DNA of 59,449 bases, counting the filler, from Sphacelaria rigidula (taxonomy: Eukaryota): assembly GCA_964200075.2 (NCBI GenBank). It is 8 parts of 8 records of this genome, joined end to end, with 100 filler letters (N's around TTAATTAATTAA, not from the genome) between each part and the next. Parts side by side here need not be neighbours in the genome. Positions count along the whole stretch, not along the records: positions 37,221 to 44,563 come from CAXNAA020015340.1; positions 44,664 to 52,006 come from CAXNAA020015341.1; 6 more parts are not named here. The stretch is one strand, 5' to 3'. Below, piece by piece: positions 38,239-51,939 of this stretch (position 1 is its first letter; the number at the start of each line of letters is the position of its first letter). The notes under the pieces were generated by a model. It searched no databases. It was not told the DNA's origin and saw only the letters and a program-made list of their open reading frames with translations. The translations under genes and the position numbers were made by a program.

Positions 38239-38834
38239 CAGGGGTCCGTCGGCAGAGACGTACGGACCCCATCCGTGCCGGAAGGCAGTTTTTCGAAACT
38301 TATCATGATTTTTGTTTGTTTATTGAATGTTGTTGAAGAAATTTATCAAGAAACATTGACCAAAACCGAAAAGTCTGGTGGGCTTTGCGAGGTTCGTATA
38401 TTTGCTTCTGCTCCTTGCTCGTTCCGTCCCGATTACCTCGGATGCCGGCCACGCTCACAAACTACATGCATACACACGAGCGCACGGTAGCGACAGCCCG
38501 TAGCTCAAGCAGCAGCATTATCTCACGCTTCGCCAAACTTGCCCGGACTACTGGTAGGTACTCGAGGCACACGACACGGAACGTGATCCCATATATGTAA
38601 TTATGGGAAGTGATGAGCTTCAGGGAGGCGGCGTGTCCGCCATCTCAGTGGTCTCCGTGCCGAGGATATCTGTAGACGACAGCTGACCGTATCCGCCAAC
38701 GCCTCGGCTATAGACTAGGGAGCATCAGGCTGGATGCCCCCTCCCTCCCCCCTCCCCCTCCCCCCCCCCTCAAAAACTCGAATTTTCGATCTTAGAGCGT
38801 ACGTGTCCCCAAAAAAAAATTCGACAGACCCCTG
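38239..38834. mobile_element. Non-autonomous hAT-like DNA element
   Basis: TIRs CAGGGGTCCGTCG / CGACAGACCCCTG. Flanks (G)GGATAAC and (G)GGATAGC form a 7-8 bp TSD with one mismatch. A second copy lies at about 44690-45308. Confidence 0.7.
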
Positions 38835-41800
38835 GGATAGCATGACGCCTCCTGCCGCTACGGCAGGTGTCGCCGGGTTATTGCTGCCACTGACTCCGCC
38901 TGCACTCTGCATAGTAATTCTTCATGCTCTCAACCCCAACTCTACCCCCGTATTTTCTTCACTTCAGGGTTGGTTATGTTGCTACCCTTCTTGGCACTGA
39001 TTTGCAGCTGGGCTCTCTCGGGGATACATCGTCCCTCTGGGAACGTTCTTCAGGTTATTTTCCCCTTTCCTGAAATCATCATTTCGGAACGGAAACCAGT
39101 AATACCTGCCGTCAGGCCAGACAGTGTGCAGCTTCACATTATAGGGGACAGAGCCGTGAGAAGTGCAGGAAGTAAGACAAACCGATTGAGGCAGTCCAGA
39201 GGGATTTTTAGCATAGATGACGCAGCTAGCCATTAGCAGCAATGTCTGCTCGTATGTTTGTAGCCTCTGCTCACCGGTTGATGGGGGACGGATGCTTGGT
39301 ACCGATCAGTGTGCCGTTCCACAGCCCCTGGGATTCCGAATATTTGGCACAGAAAAGAGAGTGCCAATGCAATAGGCGTAGCACGCTGCCCTGCTTTTGG
39401 GTTGATCCAAACGTCGGTACACAGTCATAGGTACACGCTCCCCGTACAACGCGCTAGCATGCAAAAGTACCACGCAATGCAGGTCGCACAGACATCCGCA
39501 CACACCTTTCTGATGCTATCCTTGGAGGCAGGGGGAATAACCTTCGACGGATCACAGTGCCAAAACTTGACGGCATCGCAGTTGAAGTACTCGGTCGACC
39601 GTGCCTCGTGCAGACAGGAGTCGATTTTATCGGCACACCAAGGCGTGTTTGCGAAACAATCGCCGATATTAACTCCCACCATGATGTATCCGACGCAGTG
39701 CTCCGCCCGTTTGATGCTGCAGATTGGTCGTCCGTATAGGAATATGTAGGAGGGGTGACCATTTCCTGGTTTCTGTTGATGACACTGCACTTGCGGCGCA
39801 ATCCGGTTTGTTCTGTCTCAACCATGTATGTGCCTGTTCGAGGACTGCAACACACAGAACATACAGCACATCATGGTTCCCTTTGATGTTTGACTAGCAG
39901 GGTGACTCGTGTTTTGAATCTGCCGCTGCATCATTTTCACTTGAAAAATGATTGGAAGACGCAGATGACGCACTCTGGCGGTCAAGAAGCATTACCTGCG
40001 GAAACGCTGGAACATTACCTCGACCCTGATGATGGCCGAAAGGAGAGCACGTGGTATACGCTGACCTTGTGCCTGCATGTTCCACCTTTGCAAAGATTGG
40101 GTAATACAGTGTGCTGTAAAATGAAATGATGATGCTGAAACAAAAACATCAACTGCTGAAGGTGCCTCCTTCGAAGGCAGACAGTACAGGCAACGACAGG
40201 GGAACAGAAAGGCAGAGTACAGTTTCATTTTGTCCTAAGGATCGACAGCCCATCCTTGCTCGACGTCACCAGTATTCCGAATACATCTCATCAAGCTTCG
40301 GCGAATCCATCGATCGTGACGCTGAAATCTTCTTGTATCGTGTACGGGCTTTTTCACGAACGGAATGGGCCTAGAAGGGGCGACGTAACACGCTACAACA
40401 AGGAGATGTTGAGAAATACTCTGGGTGCACTCCGGATATGCGAAGTACTGCATCACCATGTCACGATGCGGGCGATGCAGTAGTAGCTGGCAGTTTGTTT
40501 CGTCAGCTGCGACCCGTAACAGCTCAGTAGGATGAGGTACGGAAGTAGTGAAACACACCAGGATTCAAGCCATAGATATTAGTCTCGTGGCACCGGGGGT
40601 TGTTGAAGTCCCAGGAGCACAGGCCACAGCAAGAGCAGGGCGGTGCGTGCACTGCGCCAATGGGACAGGGATTTTTGGTGGGTGCGATCCCATACTTGCC
40701 TTCAGCATAGCTTCCGAATGCTCGAGGCGCCTATCCACATGACTGCCGCGAGGCGGTCTATCCAAGCCTCCGGGTGATCATTCAAGGAAAAAAAGAAAGG
40801 AGAGCTTGTGCGGGGAGCCCACTACGCGATAAATCGCTTATGCATGCATCCGTAACACCCTCTTCATCGGCGACAGTATGGATTCATGGTACCCGGTCCG
40901 GGGCAACAGGTGCACTGCGGTTCCAAACGAGTAGGCCATCTTACTCGCAATGCTGCGCGGGGAGGGGGGGGGAAAGGTCGAGCCCCGGCGTGCACGACGA
41001 TGCAAGCAGCAAAAAATAATTTCACGTGAAACTGGCACCAACCGAACACACGATTCACACACGTGCGTGTGAGGCCGTGCCCTGCAACACATCCATGAAC
41101 CCTCCCCGCCCCCGCCACCCTCAATCGTAGCATAAGTGAACTACATCATACTTGCCATCCATCACTCGCTTTCCGTTGAAAAAAGTTATTCGACGCGGCG
41201 CCCGCGCCATCTTCGAAAGTGCTTGCGCGTCTTCGCGCAAAGGCAAACCTGGTCGCCACGGACGCCATCCAAATACTATACCACCATCCCAATCAGGCCA
41301 TGAAAACTATTCTCGGTTTGAGGGCGGCGGGTTCAAGGCGAAACATGCGACGCCTCCTGTTTTTACGCTCCATTTGGACGATAGCCACGTTCGCCGGAGA
41401 TAGCAGGATCCTCAATCCCAACCACACAATTGAACGGACATGTTCAAGGCTGTGTTTTGCAGGGTGTACAGACTGAAGTTCGGGTATATACACAAGTATA
41501 GAAGAGGTATGTTGTAGAAAAATACCCTTCCGACCCATACCGGGATGCTCAGCACACATTTCGGCATGGTTAGGACGTCAAACCAAAACCCCTCCACATC
41601 CTTGGATACCCTACACATGACAGCCTCGGATAAATTACTACAGTAGTGGTACACTAAAGATGCATACTTCGTCAGACACAGGAGACCATAAAATTTGCGA
41701 TGATTGAATATATATATATATATATGTATATATACGTCGTAGAACATTTCGTACAAGTACATGAATGCTCAGGTACATGTGATTCAACCCGTACAGACCC

Positions 41801-42857
41801 AGCTGGCGAAACAGCCATGTTTTACTCAATCATGGAGTAGTGTTTGAAGATGCACGTACATACACAACATGTAACGATGCCGCCGAAGCTGCAGTGGTGG
41901 GTGTGCAGGGGTTCGAGATATCATAACAGGGAAACCGAGCACTTGGTACCGCTTGTTGAATTCTAAACCAACTGGCGGCAGTACGAGAACGATCTAGCTG
42001 CGAGGGGCAGGTGAGATTGCGACTGCAGCCATGTGCAAGTGGCGGTTCCAACTCGAAAAACTTCCACCCAGCCCTCAGCTAGCTATCCTGAGCTGAGCCC
42101 CGCCTTGTCATTTGTCACCTTAGGCACAACCAGATAGAACTGCACATCTCGTCATATTCCCCACGATTGTTCGTCTAGAAGAACTTCCCTGGCCTTTCCT
42201 TTTCCCTTGCTACAATAGTACAACGAATTTCGACAGGCAACTGAAGTATCCACGCTGAGCACATTTGGTGTAGCTGAACAAACTCGTGCGATTTGATGGC
42301 TGCAATAAGTGTCCAATGAAGGAACTATTCATGCTTCCCCACCCCCCTCCCAGGATCAAAGGAGGTTCCCAGAATAGTAAAATGATCCAGGATTCGGACC
42401 ACAATGCCGTGGGAGAAGGGGTTGGTGACGTCACAGTGAACCCCGTCCCCCTCTCCCCCGTTCACTTCAGCGATGTGATGCACTTGTCGAACTGCACGTA
42501 GAACGGAAGGGCAGCACAAGAACACGCAATAGCGAGCAGCGGACATTAGCATCGGTTATTAGAAAAAAATAAGCCAAAGTTGTGGGGGAAAAGCGCCGAG
42601 AACAAAAAAGTGGGACACACACAACTCGCCAGACATTAGTCCTCGAGGTGAAAAAAAATGCGCCGCCTGGTCATCATGTGTAAAAGAACACTGCATATCG
42701 TCATATCCCTTTTCGGGCAAGTCCATATCAACGGTTGGAGCGCCCTTTTGGTATTGCCCAAGAGAGCGATCGCTCCACTCTTGAAAATACATGGTCGGGG
42801 GCGCGACACGGCCAAAAATGTGCAGAAGATGTACATCATTACCCCCCAAAAGCTAGT

Positions 42858-43068
42858 CTCCATCTCAAAAGGGACGCGTGGTCAGCGGTGAATCGACTAA
42901 GGCAAGCAACAAATAAGTAACCTCCCTCCCCCCCCGCCCGCCCGCCCAGCGCTAGTCCAGCAAGAGAGCCCTGCGTGCTCCGTCCTGGCTTTTCACGTTT
43001 GCGAGAACAATGGTCGTATGACTACGGCATGCATGATCATGAGTAACCCCCCTCCCCCCACCCACCCC
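42858..43068 (+). repeat. Adjacent LINE 3'-end copies: subfamily A then subfamily B
   Basis: TCTCCATCTCAAAAGGGACGCGTGGTC..GCAACAAATAAGTAAC plus a C-run, then GTGCTCCGTCCTGGC..GGCATGCATGATCATGAGTAA plus a C-run. Confidence 0.7.
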
Positions 43069-44043
43069 AAATACACACGCCTGAGTGAATAAAATACCCT
43101 ACATCAGATCGAATAGCTTCAAAAGACTTGGCAAAGTTTTCAAGACCGTGGAAATACCTATTTCAATCATACCCATCGCTTGCTCACGTCTGCCCGTCGG
43201 CGAGTTGGATGATCATCCACATGTCAGATATTACGATCATGGAACGACCGACGCAAGCCTGGGAGGAAACAGTGTCGGACTCACCTCTCCTAGAGCTTCT
43301 TCCAGATCTTCCATGGAGGCAGCGTACGAAATACGGATACCCTTAGCATACCCGAATCCATCGCCGGTCACCAACGCCACGCGGTGCACCCTGTGTAGGC
43401 AGAGGGAGCGGGGGTAAGGGGGGAAAACAGCCGGCGCCCCAAAAAAACGGGTACATGGTACGAAAGGGGACGTGTGTCGGGTACGAAGACATCACTCTGA
43501 TATGTCTATATTCGTATATGTGGGACAGCAGGACTCTGCATATTGCAGTTCACGTGTCGAATAATGTATCATAATAATCAAGGGCGATTAATGTGCGGGG
43601 CGGGTGGTGAGCGACGTTTCTCACGAGAACACGCCAGCAGTGTGATAGGAGGCAGGCACAGGTGGAGGACATATTTCGCTTAACTCGAATCCACTCGTAC
43701 GTACGGGCGAAAACTGCACTCGTACTTGGACGATAGTTGAGTGAGACGATGACGACACGAAAGACCAGACTATCACGGCCAGTGACCGAATCTGCCCGTA
43801 CGCATACGTGTCCAGAGACGAACGCGTTGTAAACCGGCATAAAAGGCCGCCGATAATACAGTGCGCGCCGCCGAACAAGCTGCATAAGTAGCCCGACACT
43901 CCTCACCGCGGTTCGTCCCCAACTATATTCAAAACTATGCAGCCGAGTGGGACATTTCTTCGCGGGCACATACGTCCGTCCAGCAAATATCACTGACACC
44001 CAGACTGGTGCTCCTACGAGCATGTAGTACTACCACCATGTGT

Positions 44044-44265
44044 GAAGCTTCCAAGGGCAGGTCGAGTAGAGCGTACTCAATTGCGGGGTATTTCAAACGA
44101 CATACTTAGGGTACTCAAGTTAGGGTAGAGTGTTGGAAGTCGTACCCAAAAAAATAGCTGGGAAGCGAATCCTGAAATTCTACCCCCAATTTGTGTACTC
44201 TAAGTACGACTTTCAAAACACCCCGCAATTGAGTATACTCTACTCGACCTACCCTTGGAAGCTTC
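44044..44265. mobile_element. Palindromic MITE with ~85-bp inverted arms
   Basis: GAAGCTTCCAAGGGCAGGTCGAGTAGAG..TACTCAATTGCGGGGT is mirrored at the other end. Related GGGTAGAGTGTTG motifs occur at about 8200-8440. Confidence 0.8.
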
Positions 44266-44563
44266 GAAGACGCGGGGCCTTTATAGCACTTTATCTGCGA
44301 GCAGCGCACAAGCCACACAAGAAGTAAGGAAGAACACGACATAAAAATGAGGAAAAGCGAACGCATGCGCAGCCCCAGATTCGAGGAAGGCAGAGTCCTC
44401 TCTCTGCAAATGGATCCGTCAGCAACCTCTCAGTAGGTGGACCCGCCCGCACTTCGAACTTTTACCAACCCCGAGCAGGCGCCGCCACTTACTTTCTCCT
44501 CCCCCCCCCCCCCCCCCCCCCCCCCCCACCCCCCCCCCCTTCCAAAAAACAAACACAGACGGT

Positions 44564-44663
44564 NNNNNNNNNNNNNNNNNNNNNNNNNNNNNNNNNNNNN
44601 NNNNNNNTTAATTAATTAANNNNNNNNNNNNNNNNNNNNNNNNNNNNNNNNNNNNNNNNNNNN
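44564..44663. other. Artificial contig linker
   Basis: N44-TTAATTAATTAA-N44. Confidence 0.98.
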
Positions 44664-44689
44664 CCCCCCCCCCCCCCCCCTCCACCCCG

Positions 44690-45308
44690 CCCCCGGAGGG
44701 CATTTCCCCGAAAATTGTCATCAGTTATTAATCGATTTTTTTGTTGAATATTGTTGCAAGGAATTGATAAAAAAACACTGACAAGAAACGAAAAGTCTGA
44801 TTGGCTTTGTAGTGCCGTATATTTGCTTCTGCTCGTTGCCTGCTTTGTCCCGATGACCTCAGATGCCGGCCACGCTCACACACATGTATGTACACGAGCG
44901 CACGGTAGCGACAGCCTGTTGTCAATGGAGCAACACTATTGTCTCACGCCTGGCCAAACTTGCCCGGACAACTGATAGGCACTCGAGGCACACGACATGG
45001 AACATGATCCCATGAATGTAGTCATGGTAAGTGATGAACTTGGGGAGGGCGGCGTGTCTGCCATGTCGGCGGTTTCCATGTCAAGGATCGCTGACCACAG
45101 CAGCTGGCCGCATCCACCTACGCATCGGCAATAAACTAGGGGACAGCAGGCTGGGTGCACCTCCCCCAAATCAAATATGCTCCGTCTCGAAAGGGATGCG
45201 TGGTCAATGGTCAAACAACTAAGGCAAGCAACAAATGAGTACGCCCACCCCAAATCAAATCGATCTTGGGGCCTACGTGTCCCCAAGTCTTTCCGCGGTA
45301 GATGCCTG
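44690..45308. mobile_element. Second copy of the hAT-like element, interrupted by a LINE mini-insertion
   Basis: Collinear with 38275-38834 except for the extra segment at 45177-45260. Confidence 0.7.
45177..45247 (+). mobile_element. ~70-bp LINE 3'-end insertion with a perfect 13-bp TSD
   Basis: CCCCAAATCAAAT at 45164-45176 and 45248-45260. Absent from the homologous position of the 38239-38834 copy. Confidence 0.88.
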
Positions 45309-45538
45309 TAACAGGCCGTAGCGTTCTCCGCGGCAGATCTATCCGATTCACGCAAACTGGGTAGGGGGCAAGAAACTAGTCTGTCGACCGAGAAGCTGGC
45401 GGGGGCGGGGGGACATGAAACTACAGCGTACTGCCTGACGTCTGTGCAACGACTCTTTTCGTCTGTACGTTGCCCATCGATCGGTTCACTATCCAACAGA
45501 TCAGACAGAGGAAGAGGATCATCACTACTGCGGACAAA

Positions 45539-46364
45539 CGTCATGAAGATGCATACTAGCCTGTTGTTACACGGGTGTCCACTGGGGTCTGTAACCTGGC
45601 CATTTTGGGACCTTATCCACATTTGGTAAGGTCCGCGAATTAGGTGGACAACTGAAGAGCATTCGCACAGCATGAACAGGTTCGAAACAAAGCATGTTCC
45701 AGTCTACAGGGGAGTCACCCGCCTATAGACTGGGAAATGTTTTGTTTCGATCCTGTCCATGCTGTGCGAATGCTCTTCAGTTGTCTACCCAACCCGCGGA
45801 CCTTGCCAAAAGTGGATAAGGTCCCAAAATGGCCAGGTTACAGACCCCAGTGGCCACCCGTGTATGTCGCTTCAGACCCGTTGTCGAAGTCTGGCTTTCG
45901 TTGTCGAAGTCTGGCTTTCGGTAATATTGGGAATCCCGGTAGATAAGGAACCCCGGTACACAAGAGTACAGATCTGTTCAGAGTTGGTCGGATACGAATG
46001 TGAACCTGTATAATCACAGGGATGGTTTTGTCTTTGATCGTGCTTCACGATCAAAGCCCCCCCCCCACCAACCACTATCAGCTGCTCCCCTCTGCTAGCC
46101 AGCAAAAGGAAGTCTAACCATCGGTGAGAGATATTGGCTGGTTTGGGTTGGATTGATTGAGTGGGTATCGGAGTTAGAATCAAGATAATTAAGAGAGAAG
46201 TGAAGAATCTATTGCGTGAACTTCGTCTGATAATTGGATACTGAGCAGGCCACACGGTATCTACAAGTTGTAACAGCCTGACGGTTGTACATTTGCCTGC
46301 CAAGCTCATGCCCTGGGTTGCAAGCTGTGTCCTTGCATTATACTGCCGCTTGCTCTTCATCACA
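45539..46364 (+). repeat. 5' LTR of the gypsy element (contains a MITE)
   Basis: (C)GTCATGAAGATGCATAC...CATCACA aligns to 23893-24403 once 45570-45864 is removed. Confidence 0.85.
45570..45862. mobile_element. 293-bp foldback MITE with TA target duplication (Tc1/mariner-type)
   Basis: TA|CACGGGTG...CACCCGTG|TA, with ~140-bp arms covering nearly the whole element. Confidence 0.9.
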
Positions 46365-46365
46365 C

Positions 46366-46382
46366 TGGCGTTTGACTCAGGA
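46366..46382 (+). promoter_or_regulatory. Putative primer-binding site
   Basis: TGGCGTTTGACTCAGGA starts 1 nt after the LTR end; TGG is complementary to tRNA CCA. Confidence 0.6.
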
Positions 46383-48039
46383 GCTTCTTCTTTGGCTATT
46401 GCGTTTCTTTCTTGTACCGATTTATATCCCTGGCTGCCAGCTGTGTACTCCAGCCTTTTGATCATTTTCCCTTTTCCCTTCGGAGTTGTAGTCAAACCTA
46501 CCGCCAGGTAGTCAGTAGCTGTCGAGCTTCTGCCCCGTGTGTCCCTCGGTAAAGTGTATTCGTACCCTGCTACTTGCAATTGCTGTAGCGTTCGATGCCA
46601 CATCTTGTGTGGTCAACGTGGGGTCAACGCGCACTGCTTGCTGTTCTTGCCGTGCTGTCATTTTGACATCACCTGCAGAAGGCCCAACGATATCAGTCCC
46701 GCCTGCACGACTTTTGAATCTTTTCTTACTTCAACAGCCCGGCGCGACCCCCGCACCAAGCCATCGTTGGCTCGTGTATTTGGTCTTGTGGCCCCCTTTC
46801 CTTCTGCAGAATAAGTCTCCTACTACGGGTTTGTACAGAACACCAGTGCACAAAGGCGCACTGTTCTGCATAGCCAGCCTCTGTTCCTGACCTGAGCTCC
46901 CACCAAGCTGGCACGCTGCTGCTCTTATTTTTCAATATCGATTGTACGCGACTGTTGTATCTTTCCTTCACGAAATTACTGCACGAAGTACAGACCGTGT
47001 TCACACAGTGTGATAACGGACGTCTGTACCGAACTTTGGATTGTTCCGGCACTTTACCTTCGTTGCTCGAGCGACCTGGTTGTTGTAGCTTTAGCTTCGT
47101 TGCTTGTGGCTACGTTGTTCTTGTTGTCCTCTTGTGTACTTCGCACAGCCGTAAGGCAACGCGGTACATCACCGTGGTAAGTAGCATACACAGCATAACG
47201 TACTGTGAGTTTTCTCTCCTTTGAAAACTTTTCGAACAAACAACTTTATTGTTCCAAGACGGTTTCGTTGAAATACTACTAGTTTGAAGATTTCAACCTC
47301 CGTTACGTGCTCATTTGAACAGACAGCACTCGAAATCGGTGCCCCTTGCCTGTGCACTACAAATTTTTCGGCACCCGCTCCCAGCGTTGCCCCTGTTGTG
47401 CATCACATCACCTTTGTTCCACACACATACGTTGTCTCAACTTCGTTGGATAACAAGCCTTCGCTCTGCACTACGCAGTCCGAGTTCGCGGTCTACACCC
47501 GAAGCTTTGTAAAAGCTTTTGTGCTGCCTTACGCTGCACAGTTTTCGTGCGCATCTGAGAAAATATATCCATGTCTTTAGTTCTTTTCATTTGCACACCG
47601 CCAGTCGTTCCTCAACTTGTGCTGGGATAATACAGTTCTAGTCTACCTGTGCCGCTACATCCGGAACACGTGTATGTTGTTTTCCCACGTACCAACGCTG
47701 CTACAGACACTCGGGTCTTCTCTTGTCTTCGGCGACATACGCCTGTTCTGCGTACAATCCCGTGCTAGCTATTACCGCCACAACTTGAATAAAGTTGTAT
47801 TGATCAGACCCGAACACAGTTGTTACAAACCGCAATTCGCTTGAACAAATTAATCAAGTAAATCAGATCCTGCGGTCCCCTCAGGAGCTATTAGGCTTTA
47901 TTATCCAGTATTTTCCGGATCAAGCTTTGGCTTCTGCACGTAGCATCACCTGGTGTCACGCTCCTTTGATTAAAGCCGCAGACCAGACATACTGCACCTT
48001 CCTTTTTAAGCAAAGATAAAAAAAAAGCGTACGCTCATC

Positions 48040-51000
48040 ATGTCACACAAAAATAACGCTGGCTCTTCCCCTCAATTGGGAACCCAACCACTTCGCCGGA
48101 CCCGGAGCCAAACTATTGGCGGTTCAAAATCTTTCAAGATGAGCGGCACGCCACCTTCAACACATCGTCGCACGTATGCGAAAGCTGTGCGTTCTCCGGG
48201 ATCTGAAGACCAACATTCGAGCGAAGCTCATTCTTCAACACTTGAAGACCAGACTTTGACGCCGAGACCTGTTCTCTCACGTTCCGACTCGGACTCAGAG
48301 AACATGGTAGTGCACCCGGCCGAGTCATTGGTTCCTGACGCGCATGTCAGTGAGCCCAGAACGGTGGATTCCGTCGCACACCCCTCGCTGGCCCCTGCTC
48401 CCCCGAATCCCAATGTGGAATCCGGAGTTAAGATTGTGCCCTCAGTCGAGTCATTGCCCCTGGTCACACGTGTCCAGCTCGGCCCTGCCACGGTTGAAGC
48501 AACCGTGGCACCCCGTCGCTTGACGGCTGACAACTCTAGAGACGATTCTGTCCCGCCGAAGCGCATCGCTTCTGGAGCAAGAAACTTTGTCACACGGGCT
48601 GCTTCCGTTACGGACCCCCTTCGCACGACTCTTGATAGTCCCATGCCCCCTACCGCGCAGTCCAATGTGGGACCTGCAGTTGCGGCCATGGATGCTGTCA
48701 TGCAAACTCTGCATCGCACTTCCTCGGCGTCATCGCCATCGCCAGCACCAGCTCTCATTGAGGCATTTATGGCTTTTTGTCACGCCACGCTCCAAGACCA
48801 GTCGGCGTCTGCTCATGTGCAATTCAATGATGACTCTGCATCTGCCACGCCCAAACCCGTACGTCTGGCGACCCGTTCGGCGAAATCGCGTCCTCCGTTC
48901 GTCACTCATGATAAATTCAACGAACATGAGTCCAGCCCTTCCTAAACGTCGCAGCAGAGCCATACTCGCGCTTCTGACCAGCGCCGCACACCGAGACTTG
49001 GTCATGACCATGTCTCCCGTTCTAGCAGTTCTAAGGGCCACCCCCAGCAAAGCTTGAATTCATCGCGCGCTTCCACACGCCCAAAGAATATCGCTCATGG
49101 ACACAAATATGAAGGTAGTTCACGCCATAGTTCCAATTCACCCCGCTCTCCTAAACGTCCGGTGAACACGAACCATGGCCGTACTCACGAGGATGCCTTG
49201 CGGCCCAGATCAAGTTCTCCGCGCATTAACTCGCGCTTGAACAACTCCGATCATGCACCTTCGCGCATCTCTACTGCTCAGCCTTTGTCGCACAACCGTT
49301 ATGTACGCAATGATAACACTGTACATGCTGACGATATCCAAAACATATTTTCGGACATGTCACCCGCTCCGGAATCCTCACTTGCAGGATCCGACCGCAC
49401 CTCATCGCACAACCGACGACAACGCACTGACCGCGAACCACCGTCCCGTTCCGACGCTGCGCTTATTCGTTCTCTGCAACAACGTTTGACAGACCTCGAA
49501 CAGCAACTAGCGACAGCAACTATGGACGCCCAACGCACTACCGCTACTACCAGCAAGACCATTCGCGCTCCCGCAGCTACTGCTGCCGCTACCGCGCCTG
49601 CTGCGCCTGCGGCCTCCCTTGCGCCGGCTCATACAACCGCCACCGCTCCGCCTGCTATCGACACGGCTTGACCACGGCCCCTGTACGGCCTCCCCCATCC
49701 GTGGAGGTTCTCCCTCGGCTTGGCGATGAGCACTGCCCCACCGGCCTGCTCTTACGCCCGTTTACCAACCGGCCACGCGCTGAACAGCAACAACTCATCG
49801 TTGACTATGAGTCGCAGGAGCTTGTGCTGACGCAAAACATCCTTGGCAAACAACGCGACGCCGACGCCGACGCTGCTCGCCTTCTTCTGGAGGAGCACGA
49901 GAGTACCCTCAAGGACCTCCAGCGCCAGGCTTCCCTTGCTCAATCCACGAGCACGGCAGCTCAACGAGCGCTCGACGAAGGCCGTACTGCGGCTACGTCG
50001 GCTCAAAGACGGGTTCGTCATCTCGAAGATCATGTTCAGCGGACCGCCCAAGCAGCGGCTTCGTCGGCGGCCGGCCTAACTGATCACCAGGCCGCTCCGC
50101 CTTTCACCGACAACTCGCTCAGGCCCCACCTGCCGGCGTCCAACAGAGTGACGTATATTATTCCTCGCAAGTCCAACAGGACGTCGCCTGCTGCGGCCGC
50201 TGCCGCCGCCACGACGCCTCCGACACCGCCGCGTCACAAAGTTGGCTCGGTGCCACACACAGCTTCTTCGTCGAACTTGCTACTGGTGTCTCACGAACGA
50301 GAATGGCTTTTTCGTCCTGTGTCAATCTATACCGGTCCCTTCGACCGGCGAAACCATCTGCACTGCTCCCCAACCGCATGGACCTTGATATCCAACGTAT
50401 TTTTTACACGGTTGGGGTGTATGTCGAACAGAACGGCTAACTCCCTAAGGCAGGCGTGTCGGTGCTCGCCTTGGGCCAACTAGTTTTGTAGACTACCGTT
50501 GGCGATCACCAGGACTACCACACTTCCGTTCGAGCTGTCGAGGAAGTTTTTGCGGCGCTTCGCGCCGCCTACAATACTCATCTCGGCGCTACCCTCAACG
50601 GAGACGAAGATGCAGATGCGTGGACCCCCGCAACATCCAACTGCCGGGGACAGAAGAAAAATCACCGGCGCGACGACGATGATATCGATAGAGGGAATCC
50701 ACGCCGCCGTCATGGCGGTGGAGGATCTTCTTCACACAGTTCCGGACCGGACCGCCCGCCCCGCAAGCCGAAAGGCAAGCACACCGGAGGCAACTCTTCC
50801 GGACCATCCGCATCGGCCTGGAACCGGTCCGGTGCAGCTCTTCCCGCCTCGGGCTCGGAGACCCCCAGGCAAGTGGTTCCTAAGTTGGCTGATGTTTCGG
50901 CCCGCATTTCAGGTTTGTCCGATACGGATACACCTGACCGTCCTTTGTCTTCTACTGCAGCCCGCGCCTTAGCAACGGCTGCGGCTGACAAAGAGCGTGC

Positions 51001-51939
51001 CGAAGCTAGAAAAAAGGCAGCTCCGATAGAGCTGAGTCTGCCCGAGTAGGGCTGGCAGACTCCCTTGCACAAAGCAATGCATCGATCGATCAGCCGCCGC
51101 TCTCCCGACCTCGCTGCTTCTTTGACGCAGGTTCTCGACGGATTTCTCGTCGAGATGGACCCAGATCGTGCCAAGGGGAAGACAGGCCCGGCATTACTCT
51201 CTGATTTGGAGAGGCGTCTGATCGGTTACTTCGATAAAAATGACCAGGCTAGTGCCACCCAGAGGCTGAGTTCCTTTGTTGTCGCCTCCGATGTCCCTTT
51301 CGCGGACTATCTCCGCGAATTCAAGCTTTTGATTTCGGGTACGACGGGAGTCGGACGTCAGAACGGACCGAGTGACGCGATGTGTCAGACTTACGTTCGC
51401 AATAGCGATAGTCAACAGTATCCGGCTCTGATGCCGTCGTTGTTTCCGGGTGTCTTGGCGCATCGCGAGGTGCCTTACGCCTCCGTTGATACTATGTGGT
51501 CTGCTTTTGTACACCAAGAGGGTAATCTAACGCCTGCCACACGTGGCAAACCTTCAACGTCTGTACGTTCACAACCTACGGTTGTGTCCTCCGCTCATGC
51601 CCAAGAGGCTCGCGGCAGGAATTTGAGCTCGTCTCGCGCTTCATGGACCCCCGACTCAGTCGCCGGTTCAGTTATGCATGTTCATAGTACCAGAGATGCA
51701 TTTAGCGCGAGTTTTGACGGTTGGCCGTTTTTCAAGGAAACTTGGGATGATGTTTATCTGACTTCTACAACGGCATTCATAATCGATGACCCCCATTTGT
51801 GGAACCCACTTCTTTCGTCTTCCGCTAGACGCAATGCCTTCAGCAGTCATGCCAACAGTTGCATCAACTGTAGTGTTCAAAGCCACAGCATGTGCGACTG
51901 TGACAGTCCATGCATTAACGCCTTTGATCTCATGAACCC
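48040..51939 (+). mobile_element. Ty3/gypsy gag-like region, decayed (stops, frameshifts)
   Basis: First long ATG ORF after a 1.7-kb leader. WQTPLHKAMHRSISRRSPD, FADYLREFKLL and CINCSVQSHSMCDC match the copy at 14889-17853. Confidence 0.85.

Noticed and set aside
41820-42010. NADAR-like motif (GNRALG..VRER)
   Set aside because: The spacing does not fit and the frame has stops; too weak.
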